Part shown: in pieces, positions 50,166 to 62,990 of the stretch
Numbering within the stretch: the stretch's first letter is position 1
Layout: every line of letters starts with the position of its first letter
The notes under the pieces: generated by a model
Seen by the model: the letters and a program-made list of their open reading frames with translations, nothing else
What the model was told of the DNA's origin: nothing
Databases searched by the model: none
Origin: Ginglymostoma cirratum
Lineage: Eukaryota
Length of the DNA stretch: 64,000 nt
Direction of reading: 5' to 3'
NCBI GenBank assembly: GCA_024137785.1
Contig: JAHRHZ010000021.1
Location: 21,588,632 to 21,652,631 of the forward strand
Translations under genes and position numbers: made by a program

Positions 50166-53100
50166 GTCTGTACACTTGGTTGGCCATTTTGAACAGTGTC
50201 AGAATAAGAACAATAATTGGCCGAGTGGGATGCCACTGATCACCCAGTTCGTCCTTTCTTGCTTGCCTTTTGTGAGGAGAATTCTGTGTGAGGGTACAAC
50301 GTCATAGAGTATATGTTCAATCAAAGATATCTATAACATGACAATTTTACTTTAAACTTAAAGATACGGAATGGGTGGAAGATGTGGAACACAGCTGGTA
50401 CTTTGTACAGAGCTGGAGCATGAGGTAAACCATTTGCCTCTATGATTAGTTAATGGCCCTACCCCTATATCTTTCCTCACAGTTTAATAAGGCAATGTTT
50501 TGACTCCTTTGTTTCCCACACCACATGATGTCATGTATCCACAAATCCATGCATCCTGACATCCTCCTACTTTTTGGCTCTTCTTGATTCTTCCTGTTCA
50601 ATGCTCCTACCCTGAAACTTTCCTGTGAGTGAACACGTGAAAGAGAGATGTCAAGTAGGAGAAGGCCAGAAAAGCAACAATCAAGGACAGAGAGGATACT
50701 TCGTCATTGAGTGTGGGGAAGAAGGGAGCTTAAAGTCCCTCTGAGAGGCCAATCCTAAAGGGCTGTTTGCATGTTTATTTGCATGAGAACACAACGGGAT
50801 ATAAATTATCTTTAATAGACTACCTTAATATAAATTGTTCCAGACTGTTGAGAGGACAAATGACGTTGCAAAAATTCCAGATATTACATATGAATCTGTA
50901 CCCAAAAATGCTTCTGGTTGAAAATTTGTATTTGAGACAAATATCAATGATATAGTAATCTTTACAATATATTCATGTAAGTTGAGGACATATATGTGAC
51001 AACACCAGAAATAGTGCATTAGTCAATTGAATTACTTGTTGATGTCATTGGATTTGAAGTTGATGCTATATTTATTCTACTGTAAAGCCACATATTTTAC
51101 TTTTTTGTCCAAGTGTGTTTCAAAAAAGTTTTCAATAGAACAACCTTACTTTTATAAAGTGTCTTTATCAGATTCTCACAAAAGTGCTTTACAGCCACTG
51201 GAAGTACTTTTGCAGTCAATATTGGTATGTAGGGAATTCCAAGTACTCACTTTTCACTTGGCAAGATTTACAAACAGAAGACCAGATCCTGATTGCAAAA
51301 TTGGACTTTAGGATGGTAAAGGTTCTTAAAGTTCTGAAATGGAGTTTGCGACATGTGAACACACTTCCTGCCAAATTGTATTTCAAATAAAACTTTCCTA
51401 ATTTCAATTGGTCTCTTCATATCCTATGAATTTTCAGTCTAATTAGTTTGTCAGATACTCTTTAAAAATGCTTCTTACATTACATTCACTTCTTGCCGTA
51501 AAAACTGATCTGCACGAGCGTGACATCAGTAATGGAAATTAGAAATTACAAATTACAAATATTTGAAAGAATGTAGCGGTTATAATTAAGCATGAAGAGC
51601 TCAAATTGAAGAACGTTGATGATGAATCCTGGAAGAGGATAAATTAGCATGCATGATTGATGGTGAGGGTTAAAGTTAGGGTTTGGTGAGTGGACATGAA
51701 GTTGGATATAGAGCTTGGAAACAGGAGAAACATCAAGGTCTACCATTTCTCTCCCTATCCCACAGGAAAAGAGGGCTGCTGGACTAGTGGTCTGCCCCAC
51801 TGTAGTTCCAACAGTATTACCATGGAAAGGAATAATCCTGGACTTGGATTTGCCCATGAAGAATAATCATCTAAATGAGGTATCAGATGGTGATAGATGT
51901 TAAAGGATCCACAGTGTGCTTAGAAGACGAGGGCCAAAACGTTAGTACAATCTCTATTCATGCTCAAAATGTAGTTCTATTGTGAAGGTAGTTGGATTAA
52001 GTCAACAGGTCATTGTAAGAACATGGATTGAACAAGAATGTAACTGTTTTCAAATAAATAAGAGCCTGTGCTGTTAATGAAATATTGTCAGCATATTAGA
52101 GAACTTCCTACGTAAACTAAAGCTCTCGCAATGCCTGGAGCTGCCAGTAACCAACTCATTGTTATAGGAAATGATCATCACAGAAAGTTCCTGCTACAAC
52201 AAAGACAGGCAACTGGTTGCAAGCTTTTTCCATTAAAATAATTCATGTTTATGTTCATTCTTACTAAACACTAACAGATTTATAGTTTCCAAAGTGATGA
52301 AATAATTATAGCACTGAAGTTCTTCGGATCCCTTTGATCAAAGATCTGGCTATTTATCCAGACAGACATTTCTCAGAGATACTTTCCTTTGAACTATTCC
52401 TGACTTTACAACGCTGCTCAGGTGAAAATTTCCAGTAAAATATTTTTTATAAATACCAATCGTTCATTATGTCTTTTGTAAATAGGGATTTATGCAAATG
52501 AAAGCTTTCTATTTTTGTACAAAGAAAAGATGTTATTCTGGAAGATCAAAGAAAATTCATTATAAGGCCTTCCTTTTCTTAATGATGTATAATGGTATTC
52601 ATGGAGAAAGGATTAATTTTCGAGAGCAAAAACAAAACATTGATTAATAAAGCATAACATTGCATTAAAAATTGACGTGTCATTACAATCCTGCGAATTG
52701 TAATAAAAAAATCTCCTTGCATTATACAACATACATGTTTCATTTCACATTATGAGGTACATAAATGTGATGATTTGACATTAAGAAGTTGAACAACCTT
52801 GCATTGAAAACTAAAATATCTAGCAGAGCTAATTATCCTAATAGAGTCTGCCTAATTCAGTTAATGTCCTCTTGAAATGTATAAAAGATAATAAGCTATA
52901 CACTTACTGTTTCTTTTCAAAAAGCACATTACATACCACCAGGCGCCTGAGATGGATCATTGCAAATTCATCACCTGTGTTAATATTATTTACTATGGTT
53001 ATTATCCTGTGTAATGATAATTGAATTTGAAGACTGCTCATGTAACTACCTTTAAAGCTATTTCTGTAAAATTCCCAGCATCATCTGAAATGTGTCCAAT

Positions 53101-53439
53101 ACCCTGCTATTAAAGTCCGCTATCAGAAAACAATCTTTGTAATCTAACAGATATAATCATATAGTTTTCACTATTGTACAGTCTGTCTCCATAGAATGTT
53201 TGTGCAATTGTCAGCTTAGAACGGAATATTTTCCATTCCTTTTCAGGGAGCATGACTCTCTATATAGAGCTTAATTTACAAGGAGTGATTAAAAAGGGGC
53301 CGATCAAATCACTGACAAAGCTAAGGAGGATCTCTGAAGTAACAGAATCAGCATTTTGCAATTAAAAGAGTGAGGCACAAAGGCTCCCATATACCTGCAC
53401 AGTCATTTATCATCGTGTAACTTGCAAATTTGCACCTAC

Positions 53440-54740
53440 CGTTTCTAATATTCCATATTTGAATCTCTCCAATCAGTTTCTATCCCTGCCACTATACTGA
53501 ATCAGCTCTCAATAAAGCCACAAACGATATATGCAATTGGGATAATAATAAATTAACCCTCTTCAACATTTTTGACCTGTATTTTGATCCAGTTAACTAC
53601 ACCATTCTCCTCTGACACTTTTCTATTGTTATTCATCTGTGTAGGATGGCTGTTCCCTGGTTCCATTCTTAGCTATCTTAGTCTGCTTTGGTAGTCCCAC
53701 AGGATCAAGGATGACTCATTTCCACCCTGGGACATGGGTTCTGCAGTGGCTGAATAGTTCAATTCTAGAGATGCAGACCCTGCCACAGGTGGGACAGGTG
53801 GAGTTTGGAGTGGATGGATGGGACTGTCTGGATTCTGTACACTTTTTCCACAGCTTGTGTTTGCTCCACTCAGTAATGCGCAAGTGCTTGATGTCTAGGA
53901 TGCTTCCATGCCAGTTTGTGCATTCTAGGGCAAGCGATTCCCACGTTATTAATCGGAATGTTGCATTTGTTTAGGGAAGCTTTCAGAGTGTCTTTGCAAC
54001 ATTTCCTCTGCCCTCCTAGTGATTGCATTGCGGAGCTCCAAGTAAAGCACTTGTTTAGGGATGGCTTGTGACAGGCAGGCAGACAACATGGCCTTCCCAT
54101 CTCAGCTGTTCGTGCGTTACTAGTGCCTCAATACTGGTGATATTGGCCTGGAAGAGGATGCTCATGCTGCTATTGGATTTGCAGGATTTTGCAAGCAGTG
54201 CTAGTGATAACGCTCTAGGCATTTGAGGTGTCTGCTGTACATGGTCCATGTTTCTGATGCATACAGGAGGGTGGGGACCATGGCTGCTCTGTGGACCATA
54301 AGCTTGGTGCCGAGTTTGAGTCTCAGACTTCAGACACCCTGTTCCTGTGGAGTCTGAAGGCTGCACTGGCACAATGATGTCAATGTTGGACTTCATCATC
54401 AATGACTGCTCACACCCTAAGGGTTAATTTTAATCATATAGCTGGGGTTTAACTTGTTAGGCTTCTCTTGTTGTTTTCACATCATATCTCCGGTGTCTCT
54501 AGGAACTGCCCTTGGCTCCCTCCAACTTCTTGTTCATATAATACCCCCTGGGAGCATCATCCAAAAGTACAGTGTCATCTTTCATGTGTACGTTGGTGAT
54601 ACTCAGCTCAACCTTCCATCATCTCTCATGTCACATTCACTTTTGTCAAGTTAGTGGATTGCTTATCCAACATTCAGCTAGATGAGCTGCAGTTTTCACT
54701 GTTAGTTTTTGGGATGATTTAAGCCATTGTTTTTGATCAG
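53440..54740 (+). mobile_element. Decayed L2 LINE RT (53440-53680 and ~54405-54740), split by an RTE insertion
   Basis: FESLQS..CHYTESALNKATNDI...WFHS before the insertion; GTALGSLQLLVHIIPPGSIIQKYSVIFHVYVGDTQLNL after it. Confidence 0.7.
53680..54402 (-). mobile_element. RTE-clade LINE 3' fragment
   Basis: ILFQANITSIEALVTHEQLRWEGHVVCLP, GGQRKCCKDTLKASLNKCNIP. Confidence 0.85.
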
Positions 54741-55013
54741 CTATCCAGCAGAAAGTTTTAGAGTTGATAAGGATGTAGTTGCTGATTAATACACCACTTT
54801 GCTGTGATATGGGAACTTTCATGGGGTTATTTTGTTCATCTAAGACTGTAAAGGATACAGTATGGGGTGCAATAATTACTCCTCATTCATTTATAGGAAT
54901 GATGTTAGGAGTTTTTCTTCATAAGAACAGAAGACAAAAGGAGAATAATTCGCAACCCTGTCAGATTAATGATCGGTTAAATACTTGTATTGAATTTATT
55001 TATAAAGGTGAAG

Positions 55014-55084
55014 AAAGAATATCATTAGCAGCTATATTTTAAGTCAATGTTTGACTTAAAATATAGCTGCTAATGATATTCTTT
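55014..55084. repeat. Perfect hairpin/palindrome, 34-bp arms, 3-nt loop
   Basis: aaagaatatcattagcagctatattttaagtcaa-tgt-ttgacttaaaatatagctgctaatgatattcttt. Confidence 0.95.
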
Positions 55085-56499
55085 TGTGTAGGTCTGTATG
55101 GTGACAAATATTCTCATTATGGGCCCTGATAATCTTGCATGATTAATATCTGCCTGATAATCAAAGGGAAACTATTTAGTGAATATTAGAGGGGTGAAAG
55201 TCTGCTGTTTCCACTCAAGTCTGGTGTCAGACAACAGTGTTTCACAGTTCGAAATACCTATGCTACAGTCATGATTTAGATTCTAAATAAGAGCACTCAT
55301 CTTTCAATGCCTTGAGCCTACATTTGTAGCAATTCTTTTCCAGATCTAGGTTTCGAGATGATATTGTTATATTACCAAATGATATCTACAATTCCCCTGT
55401 ATATATTAAATACTTGCATTGTGTCATACAGACTCAGCAGAAACCAAACCAGTCGTCCTTTGTGAGCACCTGTCATAGTCACCAATAATCAGCTCAGCAG
55501 ATGGTCATTTTACCACCCTTGGGTATTACAGTTTGGTTATGGGTCCAAGCTCAACCAGCCACATGACACATTCAAGAGACTCAGACCTTGCCCTCTTCAC
55601 ACTGAAATTTGAATTGTTCTACTATCTTTATCCCCCAGCAAAGGAAACCTACCCAGTGGAACTTATTGTTAACTTTACACCTCAGCTAAGAGAGATTTCA
55701 GGTCAATAAAGGAACTTCACATTACTCGCTACAAATTGGATTCTTTAGTAAAATGCTCTCCCCTACAGGAGTTTTCAATCTGACAAAATTGTCTCAGGTG
55801 GAAAATATCTATAGTTCAAGGTAAAGTCAATGTAGACCAACATGGCCAGGGGGCTGCTCTCTTGTTACAGACAGACAACTGGTAGTGGTTTAGCTTGAAG
55901 GCCACCAAATCTCAGTTGAGCGGAGAGGTTGAAAAGGAGAATCCTTTATGGAAGCAGAAATACTATAGTAGAAACAGTTTTTCGAAGTTAACCAATATTA
56001 GCTCCTAATGTAAGAATTCAGATATTGCTATGTGTGTGGATTATTCAGGAATTAAGTTTGAGACTACATCTTTTTCATACTTATAAACATTTACTAAAAT
56101 AACTGATTCTGCAACACATTATAATTATGTCATAGAGTATATGCTCTATAAAAGATACCTATAACATGACAATTTTACTTTAAATTTAACTTCAAACTTC
56201 AAATCCACCTAAAGAAAAATTAGACATTTAAACAAATATGTCAAGACAACATGCTTAGAATGCAGTATAATTTCTTAGTAAGATATTGGGCTAAGTATTA
56301 ATTTCTTTTGACTAAGTGCCACTTGCATCAATTTTTTGGAAGGTTGATTTCTGTGAGATCTGGCGAAACATCTTGCTGTATCTTAGCAAATTTGTCTCAT
56401 TAACTATCTTCTGTCCCTACAGCATCTGTCATGTTTGATTTGAGCATCATTTACTGAGGGTTGTTCCCAGAACAATTTGCCAAATTGACCAGCATTTTA

Positions 56500-58550
56500 T
56501 TTTTAAAAGGCCACTGTGCACTGGAAAAGTCCTGTCAGCCCAGACTTGCACTGTACGGATTGTGACATTTGCTTTGGACATGCAGGCAAAGGGGATTGTG
56601 GCACCTTACATTGTGGGCAGGGACCTGGAAGTCTTACAGAACAGGGTGATGCACAGTTGGGACATCCACTTTCTCCAGCACAAGCAATTGAGGCTACAGC
56701 ACCAGACAATGCCAGCCTCATCTGTGGTTTCCACCTACCTCAATGCAATCTCAGTGTCTGGAAGAATGCACAGCAGTGTTGGAAGAAGATCAATGTTCTT
56801 TACCACATCACTGGCATAAGGGCTGCCATCTTCTCGCCAATACTATTTCTGCTATTGTACCCACCTCCCACCAAAGATCATGCTTGCTATTACCTGCAAC
56901 ATATTCCCTTACTGATTACTGCCCACCGCAATCCCAACATCACAATCTCTGCATGCCCTCAGCACTATCTACTCAATCTCCCAGCACACCTCTTCAACAG
57001 CACCAAGAGCTGTGCCACCCACTTATATCTCCTTTAGTATCTGCCTCTCTCTCACGTGCGTAGATGGTGATGAAGTGGTAATGTCACTAGACAAGTAATC
57101 CAGAGCCCTGAGTTAATGTTCTGTGTTCATGGGTTCAAATCCAAACATGGCACCCAGTAGCATTTGAATTCAATAAAAATCTGGAATTAAAAAATAGCTA
57201 GTACATATTTTCAAATGTCTTAAAAAACCCATCTGGTTCATGGATGTCCATCAGGGAAGGAAATATGTTGTCCTTAACTGGCATGACCTACATTTCACTC
57301 CAAACTCATAGCAATGTGGTTGGCACTTAACTGCCCTCTAGACAATTAGGGATGGGGAATAAATGTTGGCCTATCCAGCGACACCCATGTCCGTCGATTG
57401 AACAAATTTCAGGAGGAAAACAGCTCAAAATAGGGCCAAAGGAGTCAAGGTGGATGGTGGGCTGCCCAGGATTTGTTTCCTCATCCCTAATGAAGAGAGC
57501 ATGCTGACTCTGACTGCCTTAAGTGGCTGATTGACCATCTCCAAGCACTTGGACTGGGATTGGATAAGGCCCTGGGCTTACTGAGCCCGGACCCTGTGAT
57601 GAAGGCTGTTGGCCTTGACTTGATTGAGAAACATTGGCAAATATGACAACCATGAAATGTTCCTGCCTTTGTGCCTGCCACAATCAGCAAAGAGTGATAG
57701 GAGACTGGTATCTCTGCCTGAGGGGACAAAACACAAAAGAGGCAAGGCAATACAACACAACATAGGGATGCATCCAGGTAGGCTCAGAGTGCGTGAATGC
57801 TATGACACCAAGTGAACAGGCTGGACATGCAGCCTGCTCCAGTGTATAACCTGTGTTTTTGTCCCTGAGCACTCAGTGCCATTGCAGCAAATTTGCTCTT
57901 ATAGTTTCTGGTGCTGCCCAAGGTGGAGCATTGAAATACAGAAGTATACTGTAAGTGGATTGGAGATGTGCTATGAAAGTTCTTAAAACTGACACATGGC
58001 AGGTGCCAATGTCTGTGAACATGCTGTGCATGTGACTGATGCCCATGGAGTGTGTTCTGAGATGTTGCTGCTGGTATCCAGTATGAAGGTCAGTTGAAGA
58101 AAGCAGTGAGCCGAAGTAGCCAGGTACCTATTCCATGTTGAGAATTCTCATCTGCATTTTGGTCGACACATCTGGCACAATAGAAATATATGAAGTGAGT
58201 TGAGTCATTAGTAAGGCATTTAACAAGATATAACCCCCCACAATTGGCAACTGGCCACACTGCTCGGCAAATGCATAAAAGATTTGGATTTCCTCCCAGT
58301 GTTAGGATCTTCTTGCCCAACTGTGACACAAATCTTGCGATAGCCTCCATTGTTCAGGTGCCCATAAAATTCTGTCCAAAGTGTCTTTGTCTCAACCTCT
58401 CTATACTAGAAGAAGTCTTTTTGCAGATTCTATGTGCAGTCGAAACATGGCCATTCTGGGCTGTCTCCACTGACCACAAAATCCGAGTTTTAGAGAAATT
58501 TCCTACTGCTGTCTGTGGGTCTAGAAAAGAACTGCTATTGTTCATTGTTA
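56500..58550. mobile_element. Decayed Harbinger element: Myb/SANT-like gene remnant (+, ~56580-56820) convergent with transposase remnant (-, ~58120-58480)
   Basis: APYIVGRDLEVL...LNAISV-WKNAQQCWKKINVL resembles the Harbinger Myb-like protein; the minus-strand translation only weakly resembles the transposase N-terminus at 14880-15280. Confidence 0.55.
57065..57410 (+). mobile_element. Full-length tRNA-derived SINE with LINE-derived tail
   Basis: A-box-like gaagtggtaatg, B box GGTTCAAATCC, tail caattagggatggggaataaatgttggcc. Confidence 0.75.
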
Positions 58551-60391
58551 CATCTTATGAAAGGCAGAACTCTTGATAAATTATAATAATTCCTTTTTGA
58601 AAAGTCTATTTAACACTAAACAACCTCACAGATGCAACACCATTCACACCTCCCCAACTATCTGCAATGTAATTCAAGAGCTTGCTCCCTGCAAAATTTC
58701 ACATTTTCACACTGTTTGGTTCTTTGAACTTAACATTTTAATTGCTGGATTAATGAGGAAGTTTATTTCCAGGGAGACTTCTTAGGAAGGCCAAGCAACA
58801 CTGGGTTCGCAACCATTCCACCAAAAAGTTTTGGTAGGCACATACAATGCAATAATGACTTGGATAAATTTATTGCTCATTCAAAGCATTACTTTATAAT
58901 GTGTGACTTATCCTACAGAATATTGCTTTATTTAGGTTAGCCAGTGGAATTCCAATATAAAAATTCATGGTTCATTCTATAAACATTGCAATGTACTGTT
59001 TGGTCATCCTAAGGATTATTGTTAGTAGTTGTATCATCAAATGCACTGAATTATCCAGATTTATATTGAGTTTTATGTGCTGTCGAGAATAAATTGTGCA
59101 TTCTGTGTAATGTAATATGATTTAGAGAACTACAGAGCATAATAAACTGCTCATCCAATGGAACTTTGTTCTGTACATCTTGTAGTATTCTACTTTTGTA
59201 ACTCATCTCCTGGATTTTACTCTGTAATATTCTTCTTTGGCCTTCCCTAAGATTGGCACAGAACATTGAAACTGCCTGGAAATATTATACTTCCCAAACC
59301 CCCATTGTGCTGTATTCTATGCCACAAAGTCTTGGAATGTGAAAATGTAACTGAATGCAAAATGTGAGAATCCAGCCAGCTCTACAATAATATAAGAAAT
59401 GGCAAACATGCTGAACTTTTTGTAGCTAATGTTGTTTTCAGGTAAATATATTATGGAGATCCCACCCTTCAGGTTACAACTCAGTTTGACCAAAAGATAG
59501 GTTTTTGTCTAATATGTATATTAAGTGTTATGTATTATGTTGCATAACAGCAATAAATTGAAGGCACTAGAACAACTAAAATATTTGAATATTCAAATAT
59601 CTGGAAGTTATACTAGCACATGAGGGAATGATGCAGTTACATTTTCTAAGTTCTACCTTTGGAATAAGGCCATAAGGTACAAAGGTCTAGACAATGATTC
59701 TAATCAGGAAGCAATTAAACGGATAGTAGGAGATCTGTGACACTGCTGCTATTCTGTAAACACCTGTTTGATTGATGCTCTATTCTGTGGTGTAGTTGTA
59801 AATGCCTTTGTGCTTCTTGCACAAGCAAACACAATCTGACAGTGAACATTTGTAGCACTGGCAGATCAGAAGAACTAGAAGTATCGAGATGTTCCAGGCT
59901 GGATTTTCATAAAATATTTAAATGCCACAAAATTTATATGCTTCAATGTTTACTTAGCATTCAGCAGATCAGCATTTTATCCTAATTACATCCATCATTT
60001 TAAAAATGTTGTTATCTTATTCTTCCCTTATTTTATTTGAAACATATGATACACGATGCATTCCCGTGATACAGACCTCACTTCCAGTGGTGTGTCGAGG
60101 CTGCAAAGTTGAGCATTCATTCTGATTGGCACAATTCTTGACATGCTGCATTTAGTGGCATCCAGTGTGGGAGGATGATAAGATCCAACCAAAACATGAA
60201 AAGACAATATTTTAAAACATGGCACCAGAAACATACAAATATTCAGGGATGAAAGGGATTGCTGAGTATAAAAATATGTTGAGTGGGCAACTGGAATGTT
60301 GTGACATCCAACCACGTTGTTCACTTTAAACATAAAATTGGCAACCTTTGTGAAACTTGCAGATAAATGCTTATGACTGTTCGCTTATCAC

Positions 60392-62550
60392 CAGGGTTCC
60401 CTCTAATTTGTCTGGTGCCTTGGTGGAACTCGGAGTAATCTGAATGGCGCATTGCAACCAATAAACAGAAAACTTACAGCATTTTTTCTACTGTATGTCT
60501 ATTAACAGTTAAAAAGCATGTGCCTACATTATTATACAGATGTTCTACCTGTTAAAATAAGCAGATGCCCAAGGTATTTGTTTATTGGTGGCACTATGTA
60601 CACCATGCATAATACACAGCCAAAAGACAACACTCAATTTCTTCACTCCATTGTTGGCAATGGATGCCTAATGACTGTATACCGCATCATGTTGATATTT
60701 GGCTGCGTGAAATGTGCAACTTAATTTGCATCAAGTTCTCCAAGTGATCTATTTCTAATCTATTTCCTGATGTATACTTAGTCAAGTTCATGAGCTAAAT
60801 CTACATGCAGTCAACATTTGATGCCTGATAGTTGGCACCAATGTCCAGAAGAATAAATATTTCTTGAAACTGGTCATTTTGTAAGTCATCATTCATCAAA
60901 TGACTGAATATCTGAATGGAATCTGTCTTGACTTTATCACAATTATAAATTTGAATTCGGAGTATTATTTGCGTATCTTTGTGGCCACAGTTTTGATATA
61001 GTTTGGTAAAGTGTGAAATATTTTGAAATCAGTTGTATTTTCCAAACTCATAATTAGTTGTCTTTGTGATTGCAGACTGATCAAATGCATGTCACTCCAT
61101 TCATTTACTTTCTGGAAATCGACTATCTGGGTGGTCACATGGCAACTGAGTAAACGGAAGGATTGTCAACATCACTGTCTAGAGCAACCAGACCCTTCTC
61201 AAAATCCTCACTCCAATAAACATGTTCACCTAGAAACTGAGTCTTCACTTATTATTCTTGCCTTTGCAAAATGAATAACCTCAATTGTTGTCAAATTGCT
61301 TCTTTGAAAGAATGTGTCCAGCAATGCCTAGTTCACTTAGAAATTCCTACAGAGCTGTTGATACAACGTGATAGTGTGGCTGTCTGATTGTTTTTCAGGC
61401 AATATCTGTAGATTGGTTCATTGCACTTATTCGCATGCTCCGTGTGCACCCGGTCAAGATGTTATAGTTTTGCAATAGTGCACATACTGCAAAGTGACAG
61501 CCACCTCTTTCAGTCAAAGGTCAAAATGCCACTGTATCACACTCAGCAACTTTGACAACTTCTTCAAAACAACTTTTCTTCATAGGTGACTTGGTGAACA
61601 TTGTATACGCTGTTCTTAGAAGAGTTTCAATAGCATGTATAATCGAGACCTGTTTCCAAGCACCATCTATTCCAAGATCTTCTCTGTGAACAGTGCAACA
61701 CTGTTCTGACAAATGATTGATTTCACGTTGCACCACAGCCACTATTCCATTTTTCTTTCTGAGCATAACAAGAATTCTGTCTGATGTAAACATCGCCGTC
61801 TTCTGTAAATCAAGGTAACTGTCAGCATAAAATTGCTTGATTGCTGCCACATTGGAGATAATGTTGCTAGCAGTCTGTTTCAAAATTCCTGCAGAAGACA
61901 GCCTTGTAAGTAAGTTCAGATCGTGGTCAAAAGTTGTTGTACAAACTGAACATTTTTTGTACGGAAATGTCTGTACTTTTGTCCGCTATCACCATACGAA
62001 AATGCAATTTGCGCAATTTATCTAGGAACTGGTCCTGCATGACAAATTCCACAAATTCAAAATTGTAATTCTTGCTGTGTCAGCTCTCAGCAATTGCTGT
62101 GTACTTCGCTACATGGACATGAATCTCTTGCACAGATAGCATGGACATATTCATTTTCATTGCAGGAATGACATTATCAATGAGAACTTTCACCATCTCG
62201 GGGTGGTCCTTCTGAGCTCTGGATATTCCACTCTCAGTTCACATTCTCCTGGTATTTTGACAGGCATTCGTATAATTCTACCTTTGTTGTGGTTTCAGAA
62301 CCCAATTACAGAATCCACTTTTTGGTTCAATTGCTGCTATGGGTTGTTCAGTTTCTATCTGTACCACTTTATTACAGTGTTGAGCCTGCCACCTACATTT
62401 GCTTTAAAGCAAATGTGATGTCGACAGTTTCACAGTGAGTGAAAATCTTACTGATTCGTACCTTCGGTTTCTACGTTGAAGATGGCATTTTGGCTTTAAT
62501 GGTCTCAGAAGGCCATCTTTTTTGAAATGCATGCAGGATTTATTTCCTAA
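60392..62550 (-). mobile_element. hAT-superfamily transposase pseudogene (ZNF862-like type)
   Basis: ORF 61521-61883 FTSD..VML.KKNG...HLSEQCCTVHREDLG (CxxH motif region)...IETLLRTAYTMF; decayed dimerisation-domain-like segment ~60720-60860; TIR-like cagggttccctctaattt at 60392; many stops and frameshifts. Confidence 0.75.
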
Positions 62551-62669
62551 GGAGCTTAAAGACTCATTTGCTTTTCCTTTGGACTTATTTTAAGTCTAAC
62601 TTATCAAGGCAACAACATATCAATCAGTTCTGAAGTCTGGGCTTGGTGCTTGGAGGTTTATGAGGCATG

Positions 62670-62990
62670 CACAGTTATCTTTGCTTCATGTCTAGCTGCA
62701 CATGTGCAGAGCTTACAGGGAACATCTGCCAGTCAAATCCATTGAGTAGTGTTGGGCATGAAGTGCCTGCCAGTCCCAACAGTTTTAGGGCACCTCCATC
62801 CTGCCACTTCCGCATTAAACTCAGCACCTCACTAGCATTAACAATGGATTTGCCTGCTGTCCATTGCTTTCTGGTGCTCGGTTTTGCCTTCAACCACCAT
62901 TAGGCTGCAACTGTCCCTTATTGTACGATGCTACTGGAGGTGACCTCCTAATGGTGCTCCTCCAGCAAGATCGTGCCAATGAATAGTCAT
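62670..62990 (-). mobile_element. Possible Harbinger Myb/SANT-like remnant
   Basis: TRKQWTAGKSIVNASEV..MRKWQD fits the W..IA..VNA...KW.D pattern. Confidence 0.4.

Noticed and set aside
51766-51879. Apparent 114-nt in-frame exon with strong acceptor (EKRAAGLVVCPTVV...)
   Set aside because: No host protein recognised; context resembles a decayed exon of a Harbinger Myb-like gene.
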